A DNA stretch of 52,407 nt from UHGV virus genome UHGV-0113213. One strand, 5' to 3'. Below, in pieces: positions 9,201-17,858 of the stretch. This DNA comes from a virus. Within the stretch, counting starts at the first letter, position 1. Every line of letters starts with the position of its first letter. The translations under genes and the position numbers were made by a program. Under the pieces are notes generated by a model that made no database searches, had not been told where the DNA came from, and saw only the letters and a list, made by a program, of their open reading frames with translations.

Positions 9201-9242
9201 TTTACAAAATGGCTTCACATAGCACGCAACAAGATGTATATA
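9201..9242 (+). promoter_or_regulatory. Moron promoter: TTTACAAAATGGC element, -35 TTCACA (9214-9219), 17-bp spacer, -10 TATATA (9237-9242)
   Basis: Read directly; about 40 bp upstream of the 9283 start codon. Confidence 0.5.
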
Positions 9243-9282
9243 GAAAGCAAGAAGAAAGTAGTACCAACGAAGGAGGCCCAAA

Positions 9283-9438
9283 ATGAAACGCTATGTAGTA
9301 GTAATGCTAAATAACGCATTCGAACAAGTGGAAATAGCAATCGTTAAGGGTTTCGACGACGCATTCAAATACGGTCAATTCATGATGAATGCGAAAGAAG
9401 ATGAATACCGGGACTTCTTCCTGAAGGCACTTAACTAA
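9283..9438 (+). CDS. Small protein (51 aa), moron gene between M and H (not in ORF track, below 60 aa)
   Basis: ATG preceded by AAGGAGG RBS; MKRYVVVMLNNAFEQVEIAIVKGFDDAFKYGQFMMNAKEDEYRDFFLKALN. Confidence 0.5.
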   Translation: MKRYVVVMLNNAFEQVEIAIVKGFDDAFKYGQFMMNAKEDEYRDFFLKALN

Positions 9439-9455
9439 GGATGATGGGGTGAGTT

Positions 9456-9710
9456 ATGAAACTGGTAGCGATTGACAGAAATCTGAAAGCACAGAAAAAC
9501 GCACAGGACCGGATCATCAAGAAAGGTAAGGAATTACTTAAAGCCTTTCTGAGAAAAGAAGTTTACCCCAAAAAGTTACGCGACGGTTACGGATACAAAA
9601 TGGATATCAATCTTGATTGGAGGCTGTTTAGCGAAGATTTGAAGGTTTGGTTAATTGTTGAGCACCGTGCCTATAACAAGTTATGTGGCGTGAAAGGCAC
9701 TCATAAGTGA
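9456..9710 (+). CDS. Small basic protein (84 aa), second gene of M-H moron
   Basis: RBS GGGGTGAG; Lys/Arg-rich; followed by terminator. Confidence 0.55.
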   Translation: MKLVAIDRNLKAQKNAQDRIIKKGKELLKAFLRKEVYPKKLRDGYGYKMDINLDWRLFSEDLKVWLIVEHRAYNKLCGVKGTHK

Positions 9711-9761
9711 GTCGAGATATTCGAAAGGGGATATATCGCGCGGAATGGTCGTTTATAAATA

Positions 9762-9801
9762 CGAAAAATAACCCCGGCATTGCACCGGGGTTTAGTTTAT
9801 T
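9762..9801. terminator. Bidirectional rho-independent terminator (stem CCCCGG/CCGGGG) after moron and after H
   Basis: Hairpin flanked by A-run and T-run; H stop codon lies in the T-run. Confidence 0.65.
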
Positions 9802-12139
9802 TGCGGCGAGGTTGCAACATTCCGCCTGGTCTTTGAGATTCCCTTGTTATCATTTTCATGGCTACACGTTCCATTGTTAATTCAAGTCTGCGGCTGTCTT
9901 CGTCGCTGAATCCGTTCGTGGTCTGAATGCTGATACTGACAGGCATACTAATACCGCCACCGCCGCCAATATCACGGCCCGGAATAACTCTGCCGTTCTC
10001 GCCAGGGATCATATATTGATTGCCGTTAGATGTCTGGAATAGCTCCGGCCTGTTGTGTTCCCCTACGCGGTACATATTACCACCAATGACGCTACCACCA
10101 TTAAAGCGACCGCCGCCGAAAATTGACGTAGCCAGCGACATGATCGCAGTGAGCGCCGCCGAACCAGCCGCCGCCCAGCTACCGCCAGTTGACGCCGCAG
10201 TTGCCGCCGCTGCTGGGGCCGCCGCCGCAGCAATGCTTCCCTGAGCTGCTACCGCGCTTGCTGTTGTACTTGTTTGCGTGGCCTTGCTTTGTGTCTCCAT
10301 CATGATCTGATCTGCTATCCAGTTTGCAGCTATGTCTGAGAGTCTGTTACCGATATTGCCGAGTATATTGCTTCCTAAGTTAGCAAAAACATCACTCAAT
10401 GATTGAGTGCCGTTTAACAGGCCAACAAGCGCATTACTCATTCCGCCTTTAAGGCCATTAACACAATCACCGATAAGGCCGTTTGTGTCGCTTTGCGCCT
10501 GCCATTGTTCCCATTTCAGATCGCGGATCTGTTGCTCATAGGCTAACAATTCCTGTTTCTGTTGCGCTTCAGTAGCGCCCAGGTCTATAAGCATTTGCTT
10601 ACGGATGGCCCATTCATTTTGCGCCTGCTGGATGGGGTCAACTTCGCCTTTTAGCTGATCCATCGGGCTTACTATTTGTGACCATTTATCACGCAATTCA
10701 TCTACCGGAATTTGTGCTAATTCTTCTTTCAGTTCCTTGCCGATCCCTTTTTGCGCGGCGCGGTACTCAAGGAGCGTGATTTTACCCTGGGCAAATGCAG
10801 CATCAATGGCCTTGCCGTTCTCCAACGCTTTGCGCATGGCGGCGGCGTCTTTGTTGTACTGATCAGAAACGCTTATACCTTTGTCACCAAGCCGATCAGC
10901 TTCCGATTTCTTCTCTTTTTTCTGTTTTTTCGGCTTGTCTACTGGCTTGTCGAATCCGGTAATCGCTCCGTCATTGGCAGCATTCTGTTCATTTTTCCTT
11001 GCTTCTTCTGTAGCCTGGATTGCTGCGGTCAGATCATCCTGTAGTTGCATGACCTTGCCAACGGTCTTCCCGTATTTCTTCTCGTAGTTGCTGTTATATT
11101 CGTCGGTTTGCTCTCCTACTACCTCCTTCATCCATTTATAGCCATCCATTAGCGCCTTGATTGGCGTCACCATTGCGATGATCTTCTCTGCCACCTCTCC
11201 AGCCTTAACAGCCACATCATCAAACATGTCGATAAATTCGCTACCAGCCGTTTTGAGTGTGTCGAAGCAGGTTTTAGCGAATTTAGCGCCATCGCCAAGC
11301 CCTTTAACGCCTTTCGTGATCAAGTCGATAGCTGAAACAACGCCATCTGACACGCCAAAAAGATCATCCAACTGCTCAACAAGGCCCATAATTTCTACTT
11401 TAAGCTCATTGATAGCCATGCCGGATGTGCGCGGCAACTGAGCAAACTTATCGTTTGTTTCCTGCGTAGCCGCCTGTATTGCGTTAACCATCCTTTCAGC
11501 CGTGATCTTGCCGTCCAGCATTTCGGCGCGGAACTGGCCCATTGATAATCCCATATGGCGGGCCATTGTTTGTACGATGGTCGGCGTATTTTCAAGCAGG
11601 CTGTTAAATTCTTCGGCACGAAGAACACCGCCGTCGATAGACTGACGGAATTGACGCATTGAGTTAGACATCTGTTCCGCTGACGCGCCGCCTAATGCAC
11701 CCATTTTCTGAATAGTGCCAACCAGGTTAAGCAATTGCCCTTCCGTAGCGGAGGTGTTTTTTAGTGAGATAGCCAGGCCTTGCCATAATTCGCCAGTATC
11801 TTTCAGGCTCTGCCCCGTCTCCCTGGATATTGCTTTCAGGCCGTCGAAAACCCGTCCGGCGGACTCCGCATCGCCCGTAAGCATTTTGATTTTTACGCGA
11901 AGCATTTTTGCTTGCTCCGCCATATCCATAAATTGGCGCACAGCCTCCGCAGCAATTAGCAGATGGATAACCCTGGTCAGTGCCTTGATGGATGTTTTCA
12001 GGGTGTTTACCTGGCGGTCAGCCTGTTTTGCGCCGCGCTCTATACGATCAAAGGCCTGGTCTGCCTGTCGTTGTGCAACGAGAAGTTGACCAGTTTTCGC
12101 ATCAACTTCGTAATAAATTGTACCTACACTGGTAGCCAT
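9797..12139 (-). CDS. H: Tail tape measure protein H (780 aa)
   Basis: Long alpha-helical/Ala-Gln-rich protein with Gly-rich C-terminal region; position upstream of M-L-K-I-J. Confidence 0.85.
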   Translation of the reverse strand: MATSVGTIYYEVDAKTGQLLVAQRQADQAFDRIERGAKQADRQVNTLKTSIKALTRVIHLLIAAEAVRQFMDMAEQAKMLRVKIKMLTGDAESAGRVFDGLKAISRETGQSLKDTGELWQGLAISLKNTSATEGQLLNLVGTIQKMGALGGASAEQMSNSMRQFRQSIDGGVLRAEEFNSLLENTPTIVQTMARHMGLSMGQFRAEMLDGKITAERMVNAIQAATQETNDKFAQLPRTSGMAINELKVEIMGLVEQLDDLFGVSDGVVSAIDLITKGVKGLGDGAKFAKTCFDTLKTAGSEFIDMFDDVAVKAGEVAEKIIAMVTPIKALMDGYKWMKEVVGEQTDEYNSNYEKKYGKTVGKVMQLQDDLTAAIQATEEARKNEQNAANDGAITGFDKPVDKPKKQKKEKKSEADRLGDKGISVSDQYNKDAAAMRKALENGKAIDAAFAQGKITLLEYRAAQKGIGKELKEELAQIPVDELRDKWSQIVSPMDQLKGEVDPIQQAQNEWAIRKQMLIDLGATEAQQKQELLAYEQQIRDLKWEQWQAQSDTNGLIGDCVNGLKGGMSNALVGLLNGTQSLSDVFANLGSNILGNIGNRLSDIAANWIADQIMMETQSKATQTSTTASAVAAQGSIAAAAAPAAAATAASTGGSWAAAGSAALTAIMSLATSIFGGGRFNGGSVIGGNMYRVGEHNRPELFQTSNGNQYMIPGENGRVIPGRDIGGGGGISMPVSISIQTTNGFSDEDSRRLELTMERVAMKMITRESQRPGGMLQPRRK

Positions 12140-12159
12140 GATTTAACCTCATGCAAAAA

Positions 12160-12221
12160 TGTGATCTGTGTATCTATTTTATACAAAATGGCTTTACTTC
12201 AACGACTCCATTTTGTATAAG
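12160..12221 (+). promoter_or_regulatory. Lipoprotein moron promoter: CRP-like TGTGATCTGTGTATCT (12160-12175), TACAAAATGGC, -35 TTTACT (12193-12198), 17-bp spacer, -10 TATAAG (12216-12221)
   Basis: Read directly; CRP-like centre ~61 bp upstream of predicted start site. Confidence 0.45.
12179..12220. repeat. Perfect 13-bp inverted repeat TTATACAAAATGG / CCATTTTGTATAA with 16-bp spacer in the H / lipoprotein divergent region
   Basis: Arms at 12179-12191 and 12208-12220 are exact reverse complements. Confidence 0.75.
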
Positions 12222-12266
12222 GAAGCTAAAGGGAATGGTCAGTAAATCAAGTTAGCGTGGTGGGTT

Positions 12267-12926
12267 ATGAAACGGTTAGCAAAAGTGGCAATGATTGCGG
12301 CGGTATTGGGTCTGGTTGGTTGCAATGAGGATAATGAAAAAGCGCCTATAGTGACCAATCAAGAGCAACAAGCATTAGTAGAGAAAAATGCTAAATGGCT
12401 TGCAGAACAACAAGCAAAACAAGCCGCATACGATGCACAGTTAGAAAAAGAAAATGCTGGTAAACAGTGGCTTGTAGTTGAAAGAAAAGATGATATGCAG
12501 GACGCAAAAAACGTATTCCTTTTTGTGAAAGCAGAACAATTCAGCGGAAGTCTTGATGCTTTCCCGACACTGAAGGCACAGGATAAGAATAAACCGGTAT
12601 TAACAATCGCTTGCCAGGGTAATAAAACAAAAATGTTCGTAGCATGGTCACACCATGTAACTGACGCCGGGGACACTACTTATATTAACTACCGGATCGG
12701 CGTTCACAAAGCTGTAGCTACTGAGTGGTGGCGGTCAACTAATTATAAAGCTCTTGGATTATGGGACGGCAAAAAAGCCATCCCAATGATTAAAAAACTG
12801 GTTAACGAAAAACAATTCATCATTGAAGTAGTGCCGGAAGCTGGCGACATTGAGAAAGCAGTGTTTAACATTGATGGTCTTTATAACCACATCGACAAAG
12901 TGAAAAACGCTTGCAACTGGAATTAA
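12267..12926 (+). CDS. Lipoprotein (219 aa), moron between H and tail chaperone
   Basis: Signal peptide with lipobox LVGC (MKRLAKVAMIAAVLGLVGCNE); opposite strand to structural operon. Confidence 0.7.
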   Translation: MKRLAKVAMIAAVLGLVGCNEDNEKAPIVTNQEQQALVEKNAKWLAEQQAKQAAYDAQLEKENAGKQWLVVERKDDMQDAKNVFLFVKAEQFSGSLDAFPTLKAQDKNKPVLTIACQGNKTKMFVAWSHHVTDAGDTTYINYRIGVHKAVATEWWRSTNYKALGLWDGKKAIPMIKKLVNEKQFIIEVVPEAGDIEKAVFNIDGLYNHIDKVKNACNWN

Positions 12927-12936
12927 GGGGTAAATC

Positions 12937-13311
12937 ATGAAAAAAATAATCAAAGCGGTTCTCATTGGTGTTATGGCTTTAGCTCTTACAGGGTGCGCAA
13001 GATCAACTGATTTCGTTAAGTTAGCTGATAAAAATTTGCAAGTTGGAATGACTTGTGAGCAAGTGAATAAAATAATGGGGGAACCACAAAGAATCGAGCA
13101 TGACGGTAATTATAGTTATCACGTATGGTATTCAGTAACCAGCACGATAGGATTTACTTACATGGATGTTGAAGAATTATCCCCTTCAAGGGTTATCGCA
13201 AAGTTTGATAACTGCATCCTAAAAGAATGGAAAGATCGCAGTAAGGCAAAGTCTGTATACAATACAATCACACACAGTTCACCAGGTACAGCAATTAAAG
13301 ATTTCAATTAG
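12937..13311 (+). CDS. Lipoprotein (124 aa), second moron gene
   Basis: Signal peptide with lipobox LTGC (MKKIIKAVLIGVMALALTGCA). Confidence 0.7.
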   Translation: MKKIIKAVLIGVMALALTGCARSTDFVKLADKNLQVGMTCEQVNKIMGEPQRIEHDGNYSYHVWYSVTSTIGFTYMDVEELSPSRVIAKFDNCILKEWKDRSKAKSVYNTITHSSPGTAIKDFN

Positions 13312-14002
13312 CAAAACGCCCGGATCTACCGGGCTTTTCTTGCTCACGATTTTTCATTCTTTCTAGTGCCTTTTTAGCGGCCTCCATTTGCTCGTCATAA
13401 GCACGTTTATTTATGTGAATGTTTGGCTTGCTTTTCTCGTTTCTTTCGTCTGGCGGCGTTTTAGCGCGTACAGCGGCCCTATATCCGGTCATTGTCATAT
13501 TCCATGCTTCCGATTCTGACAAGCCCAGGTGAGCAACGGCAGAATAGACGAATTCAAGGACGTTAAAAGTCGGCTTATATTCCCCTTCCGGGATTTCCCC
13601 GGACTCTTCTTCCGGGCCATCACCAATAAGACCGTGGTACATGCAGTGCTGCGCAAGCGTGATGATATCCTCGATCGGCATTAATCCGGGCTTTAACTTT
13701 AACTTACCCGAAGGAGTAAACCAGCATTCGCCCAATAACGGGCCTATTTCGTCGTCTGAGCAACATTTCAGGATGTGCATTGATGTCTGAACTATTTCAC
13801 CATAACACCGCGCCAGAATGCGATTGCGTAGGTCTGGATCTGCTGGCAATCGTGATGGATATTTGCCGCCGTGGATAAGTGCGAAATATTCGACAAGCTC
13901 ACTATCGTTGCCGATTTTAGCCATCGCAGCAAAGCAAGGATTAAACTCATAGCGCTTACCGTTCACCACGGCAGCAAATTGTCCTGTACGAACATGGATC
14001 AT
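13304..14002 (-). CDS. Putative tail assembly chaperone (G/GT analogue)
   Basis: Position between major tail protein and tape measure; acidic middle region; start moved to ATG at 14000-14002 with AAGGTG RBS; no frameshift site verified. Confidence 0.45.
   Translation of the reverse strand: MIHVRTGQFAAVVNGKRYEFNPCFAAMAKIGNDSELVEYFALIHGGKYPSRLPADPDLRNRILARCYGEIVQTSMHILKCCSDDEIGPLLGECWFTPSGKLKLKPGLMPIEDIITLAQHCMYHGLIGDGPEEESGEIPEGEYKPTFNVLEFVYSAVAHLGLSESEAWNMTMTGYRAAVRAKTPPDERNEKSKPNIHINKRAYDEQMEAAKKALERMKNREQEKPGRSGRFAN
13318..13342 (+). terminator. Rho-independent terminator after lipoprotein morons (stem GCCCGG/CCGGGC + TTTTCT)
   Basis: Hairpin followed by T-run on plus strand. Confidence 0.6.
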
Positions 14003-14011
14003 AGTATTCAC

Positions 14012-14039
14012 CTTAAAAGAAAAGGGGCCAAATGGCCCC
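14012..14039 (-). terminator. Hairpin plus U-run after major tail protein gene (attenuator/terminator)
   Basis: Stem GGGGCC/GGCCCC followed by T-run on minus strand. Confidence 0.55.
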
Positions 14040-14057
14040 GATTGTTAATATTGGCTG

Positions 14058-14534
14058 TTATGCTGGCGGAACGTCGCCTACCGTTACCTTGCCAGCGCTT
14101 TCGCACTCAATAGACCAGGTGGAAACATCATCATGCGGATCTTCTTCTTTAAAGGAAGTGCAAAGGAATGGGCCTTCAGTTACGTCTACAGGAGAAACGA
14201 TCTTCAGCCATACATAAGGTTGTGATCCGGTGGTTTCACCTGGCGTAATTACGTGGCGTTTCAGCGCTTTCTGATTATGGATTTCTTCAGTGCGGGACAC
14301 ACCGTCGCCGGAGAAAGAAACGGATTTGTAAGTAACCATTGATTCTTTCGTGTAATCGGCTGATTTATCGGCGGTGGCGTCAGCGGTTTCCCATTCAACG
14401 GAAAGTGTTTTACCACGCATCATGCCTAACGCTTTGTACGCTTCAGCTTCCGGCTTCGCATTTGGACAAGCGATAGCGAAGAATACAGCAACGTCACGGC
14501 CTGTAAACGTGCCTTTTTCGCAAGTCTGAGACAT
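14058..14534 (-). CDS. Major tail (tube) protein
   Basis: 158 aa, position upstream of chaperone/tape measure, followed by strong hairpin; composition typical of siphovirus tube proteins. Confidence 0.65.
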   Translation of the reverse strand: MSQTCEKGTFTGRDVAVFFAIACPNAKPEAEAYKALGMMRGKTLSVEWETADATADKSADYTKESMVTYKSVSFSGDGVSRTEEIHNQKALKRHVITPGETTGSQPYVWLKIVSPVDVTEGPFLCTSFKEEDPHDDVSTWSIECESAGKVTVGDVPPA

Positions 14535-14547
14535 GTTTAGTTACCTC

Positions 14548-14934
14548 TTATCTGGATATTATGGTTTGAAAAGCTACGGTAAAAATAAAGCGCCCTTCTC
14601 TCGTCTGCATTGCGGGAATAGCGCCAACTGGCTTCATGTGTGTAATTTTATCAGTTTTATACTCGGTTATCATACTTTGACGTATTGCGTCGGCGAGGTC
14701 TTCCACTTCACTAATATTTGCATCGTTACGCGCTGAAATAACCAGGATGCGAAAATAGTCACGGGTTATCGCCTCTTCTCCCGCCGCGCCGCCGTTTTGC
14801 TGTATGACAATATATCTGCTGTTATTCGAATTGGATCGCTCATTCCAGAAACGGGCCTGCAAAATATAACCTTCGTCGTACCCGTGGGATTTAATCCAAT
14901 CCCTTATTTCGTCGTAAACCTCGCTGCGTTTCAT
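14548..14934 (-). CDS. Tail terminator / tail completion protein candidate
   Basis: 128 aa, immediately upstream of major tail protein, ATGA-type coupling. Confidence 0.4.
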   Translation of the reverse strand: MKRSEVYDEIRDWIKSHGYDEGYILQARFWNERSNSNNSRYIVIQQNGGAAGEEAITRDYFRILVISARNDANISEVEDLADAIRQSMITEYKTDKITHMKPVGAIPAMQTREGRFIFTVAFQTIISR

Positions 14935-15371
14935 GTCTTGTAACCTTCTATAATCGTTTTATAAATATCGTCTGCGTTATCTGGTTCCTCGAATGCTTTG
15001 CGCAAAAATTCAGGCTCCGCGTTCGGATCCCAGTAATTACCCTTACCAGTACCGCCGCCAAATTCGACGCCTTCTCTGGTTTTACCGAAATGTTCGCGCG
15101 GCTGGCCTTTTAATGTGCCCGGCATGTCATGCACCCATTCAGCGTAGCGGGCGGTATAACCCAGACGTAATTGCATACCCTCAGGAGTGTCACCTATATA
15201 CTGGAATTGACTGTTAATTAAAAAACCAGTATCGATCGGCGTCATATTTGCAGCAAATCCACCAGCAACAAGCCCCACTCGCCATAATACATCGTGCGTT
15301 TTTCTGTCTGTAATTTCCTTTAGCTCCTGCTTCAATCGCTCCCTGACGCGTTTAACGCCCTTAATAGGCAT
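14931..15371 (-). CDS. Head-tail joining protein candidate (HK97 gp10-like)
   Basis: 146 aa in neck gene block; assignment by position and size. Confidence 0.4.
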   Translation of the reverse strand: MPIKGVKRVRERLKQELKEITDRKTHDVLWRVGLVAGGFAANMTPIDTGFLINSQFQYIGDTPEGMQLRLGYTARYAEWVHDMPGTLKGQPREHFGKTREGVEFGGGTGKGNYWDPNAEPEFLRKAFEEPDNADDIYKTIIEGYKT

Positions 15372-15373
15372 AA

Positions 15374-15763
15374 TTAACCCCCTGTTACGATCTTATAATC
15401 CGGCGTGTCGTTAAACATGCTCATGTCCCATTCAACGATTCCGGTTATAAAGTTGGCCCCAGCCGCCAGCGGGTCGGAAATAGCAGTAGTGTCACCAGTG
15501 GCAAGCATCCATCCTTTTTCAGGGAGCTGCACTGGCTGCATCTTGTGAAGCAGTTCGGTATATACGGTTATCGTGTTGCTAACCTCATTCCCGTTTGCGT
15601 CTGTTGCGGTTCCGTCAGTACGCTCCCATGCACAATCTACCAGGTATGGCGCACCGTATACGTCGGAGTTTGTCCAGTCGTCACGCGTTACGGGGTAAAT
15701 GGTGGCTAATGCCTTGTAACTGAATCTCGCGATCTTACTCATAGCCATAGCTCCATTTAACAA
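15374..15763 (-). CDS. Head-tail adaptor / head closure candidate
   Basis: 129 aa in neck block. Confidence 0.4.
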   Translation of the reverse strand: MLNGAMAMSKIARFSYKALATIYPVTRDDWTNSDVYGAPYLVDCAWERTDGTATDANGNEVSNTITVYTELLHKMQPVQLPEKGWMLATGDTTAISDPLAAGANFITGIVEWDMSMFNDTPDYKIVTGG

Positions 15764-15920
15764 TTTTCGGATGGGTTTTCGCCACGCGCGGGCAAAGAAT
15801 TACCCATTCGCCAGCATCATTGAGGTAGGCGGCTACCTGTCGCCCGGTGTCTGTCTTCACCCATACGCGGGTAAACAGTTTCGGCAATAACGGATCCGGT
15901 AATGTCAGGTCGTTCCACAT
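15735..15920 (-). CDS. Small structural-module protein (61 aa)
   Basis: ORF coupled to neighbours in neck block. Confidence 0.35.
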   Translation of the reverse strand: MWNDLTLPDPLLPKLFTRVWVKTDTGRQVAAYLNDAGEWVILCPRVAKTHPKIVKWSYGYE

Positions 15921-15922
15921 TG

Positions 15923-16309
15923 TTACATCCTCCCACTTTTACCTATCCAAAGCCCTGCGTGCGCGGTGTTTTCTGGATCTGCTGGAATCAGTTCGGCTGT
16001 ACAGTGATGTTTATCAATGGAGTAAAGCAACGAATAGGCCGCCTTCCATCGTTTGTTGAAATCGACATAGCGGTATGACTGACTCGCACCGTTCGGCCCA
16101 GTCTGCGAGGAAACGTATTTATCAGCCTGGCTTAGTCCTAACAGGCCAATCAGATAAAGCTGAATCAATGTTGCAGTGGAGGCCGGATAGTTGGCATCAA
16201 GGCATTCATTAACGCTATTTGCCTGCTCCACCAGCAAAGATAAGATAATGTCTGGCAGGTCAATACCCTGGCTTTCAAGATATTCCCGCGCCTGTTCTGT
16301 AGTGACCAT
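15923..16309 (-). CDS. Head completion / connector protein candidate
   Basis: Start moved to ATG at 16307-16309 (GGAG RBS) downstream of the post-capsid hairpin. Confidence 0.4.
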   Translation of the reverse strand: MVTTEQAREYLESQGIDLPDIILSLLVEQANSVNECLDANYPASTATLIQLYLIGLLGLSQADKYVSSQTGPNGASQSYRYVDFNKRWKAAYSLLYSIDKHHCTAELIPADPENTAHAGLWIGKSGRM

Positions 16310-16330
16310 TTTGTTTGCTCCACATACAAA

Positions 16331-16358
16331 AAAAATCCCCGGCATCGCGCCGGGGAGT
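16331..16358 (-). terminator. Hairpin plus U-run immediately after major capsid gene (partial terminator/attenuator)
   Basis: Stem CCCCGGCGCGATGCCGGGG followed by T-run on minus strand. Confidence 0.5.
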
Positions 16359-16374
16359 TACAGGAAATACGAAA

Positions 16375-17427
16375 TTATTTGTGACCGTAAACAACACCGG
16401 AACGGCCCAGCATGTCGCAGGTGATTTGTAAGCCTTCGGCAGACATGATTTTGAAGTTGTAGTTATCGGTAGGCATGGTGCGCGGCAGAGGCACTACGCC
16501 AGTAGTCATACCAACCAGCGGGGTAATGACGTTGCGGCGGCGTTGATAGGCAATGAACTCGTTGCCTTTCAGTGCATAGGTCTGACGGATTTCTTTAACC
16601 GGAATGAACGGTTTAACGATATTCAGAACACTGCCTACGACAGTCCCGTTTGCAATGTGCGGCGCTGCCAGGTTAGCCATAATTTCAGGTGACACCCACA
16701 TGAGATCATACTGGTCAACGCGGTTGTTGCGGGCCATAACACCGAATGCACCAGTGGTGAAGAATTTGATGAGAGCATCGAATCCGTCAGTGGTGAGATC
16801 TTCGGAGGTCATGACTAGTTGCTGGGTATTGCGGTGATTTTTAATACCCTGGCCAGGTTTACCGTTGACGTTGATTTTTGCGTTACCGTTAAGGTAATAA
16901 TCAACGCGGGCCTTGTTGAATTTTTGCAGTTTCAGGCGCTGGCTATCCAGTGCAAGGTCAATACCAACAGTTTTCAGACCTTCGGAATGACGCCAGCTGA
17001 CACCGTAACCCGCTGCGAACATCGGGATCGGGTCGCCATCGCTGCCATATTCAGTGTGATCGAAGCCATGCGGGGCTTGACCATCGATACTAACGACAAC
17101 TTCATCGTTAATATCACCGGATACGCTGTACATTTTCTCGGTTTTACCGATTGGCAATACGGTTTGCACAGCCATCAAATCGTTTACGATTTCAATACCA
17201 GTCTCTTCGGTGCTCATTTCGATAATCTGGTTATCGACAGCTTTCCAGAACTCCTGATCGAAGCCGCCAACGGCATTACATGCCAGGATGTCAGCGGTCA
17301 TGTTTGCCATATTTGCGGCAATAAGAGCGCCGTCCTGATCATTGAACATGTTGCGCTGCGCCCAAAGGTGATCCCACTGGGCACGAATGCGGCTGTTGGT
17401 AGCAAGGTTGTGTTTATTAAACAACAT
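16375..17427 (-). CDS. Major capsid protein (350 aa)
   Basis: Size and position after decoration and scaffold genes; followed by attenuator hairpin typical of highly expressed capsid genes. Confidence 0.75.
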   Translation of the reverse strand: MLFNKHNLATNSRIRAQWDHLWAQRNMFNDQDGALIAANMANMTADILACNAVGGFDQEFWKAVDNQIIEMSTEETGIEIVNDLMAVQTVLPIGKTEKMYSVSGDINDEVVVSIDGQAPHGFDHTEYGSDGDPIPMFAAGYGVSWRHSEGLKTVGIDLALDSQRLKLQKFNKARVDYYLNGNAKINVNGKPGQGIKNHRNTQQLVMTSEDLTTDGFDALIKFFTTGAFGVMARNNRVDQYDLMWVSPEIMANLAAPHIANGTVVGSVLNIVKPFIPVKEIRQTYALKGNEFIAYQRRRNVITPLVGMTTGVVPLPRTMPTDNYNFKIMSAEGLQITCDMLGRSGVVYGHK

Positions 17428-17446
17428 AGTTTTTCACCTCTTATTA

Positions 17447-17848
17447 TTATGCAACGCGGACACGTACAAAATCAGCCGCTTCAAGGGTTACAGTTTCCTG
17501 GCAGAAAGCGAAAACAGGTTCATCAGATGTAACCAATTTAAAGCCACCTTCACCAATGGTGATGGCAGCGTCTTTGGTGTAAGCACCTTCAGGAAGCAGA
17601 ATCGCAAATTCACGTCCTTCTTCTGCGTAGTCAGCAACCACGGAATGACCAACCGGGATCGCATCTTCAATGCCTAAACCTTCATGGTATGCCGGGTTAA
17701 CAACATAAATACGTCCTGTGGTATCAGTTGCGGCAGCGAATTTACCAGACGCCATTTTTACCGGAGTACCCGGCTTAAGTGCTGCGGCAGATACTGCTGT
17801 TTCAGTAACGGATTTGCCGTCAATATTTACACGACGAAAACGGGCCAT
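17447..17848 (-). CDS. Head decoration protein candidate (DUF2190-like)
   Basis: 133 aa Gly/Ala-rich protein directly upstream of capsid gene. Confidence 0.5.
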   Translation of the reverse strand: MARFRRVNIDGKSVTETAVSAAALKPGTPVKMASGKFAAATDTTGRIYVVNPAYHEGLGIEDAIPVGHSVVADYAEEGREFAILLPEGAYTKDAAITIGEGGFKLVTSDEPVFAFCQETVTLEAADFVRVRVA

Positions 17849-17858
17849 AATTCACCTC

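Noticed and set aside
10020-12220. Plus-strand ORFs inside the tape measure gene (10020-10244, 10751-11087, 11157-11441, 11715-12220)
   Set aside because: Antisense to a well-supported long gene; low-complexity translations; no translation signals
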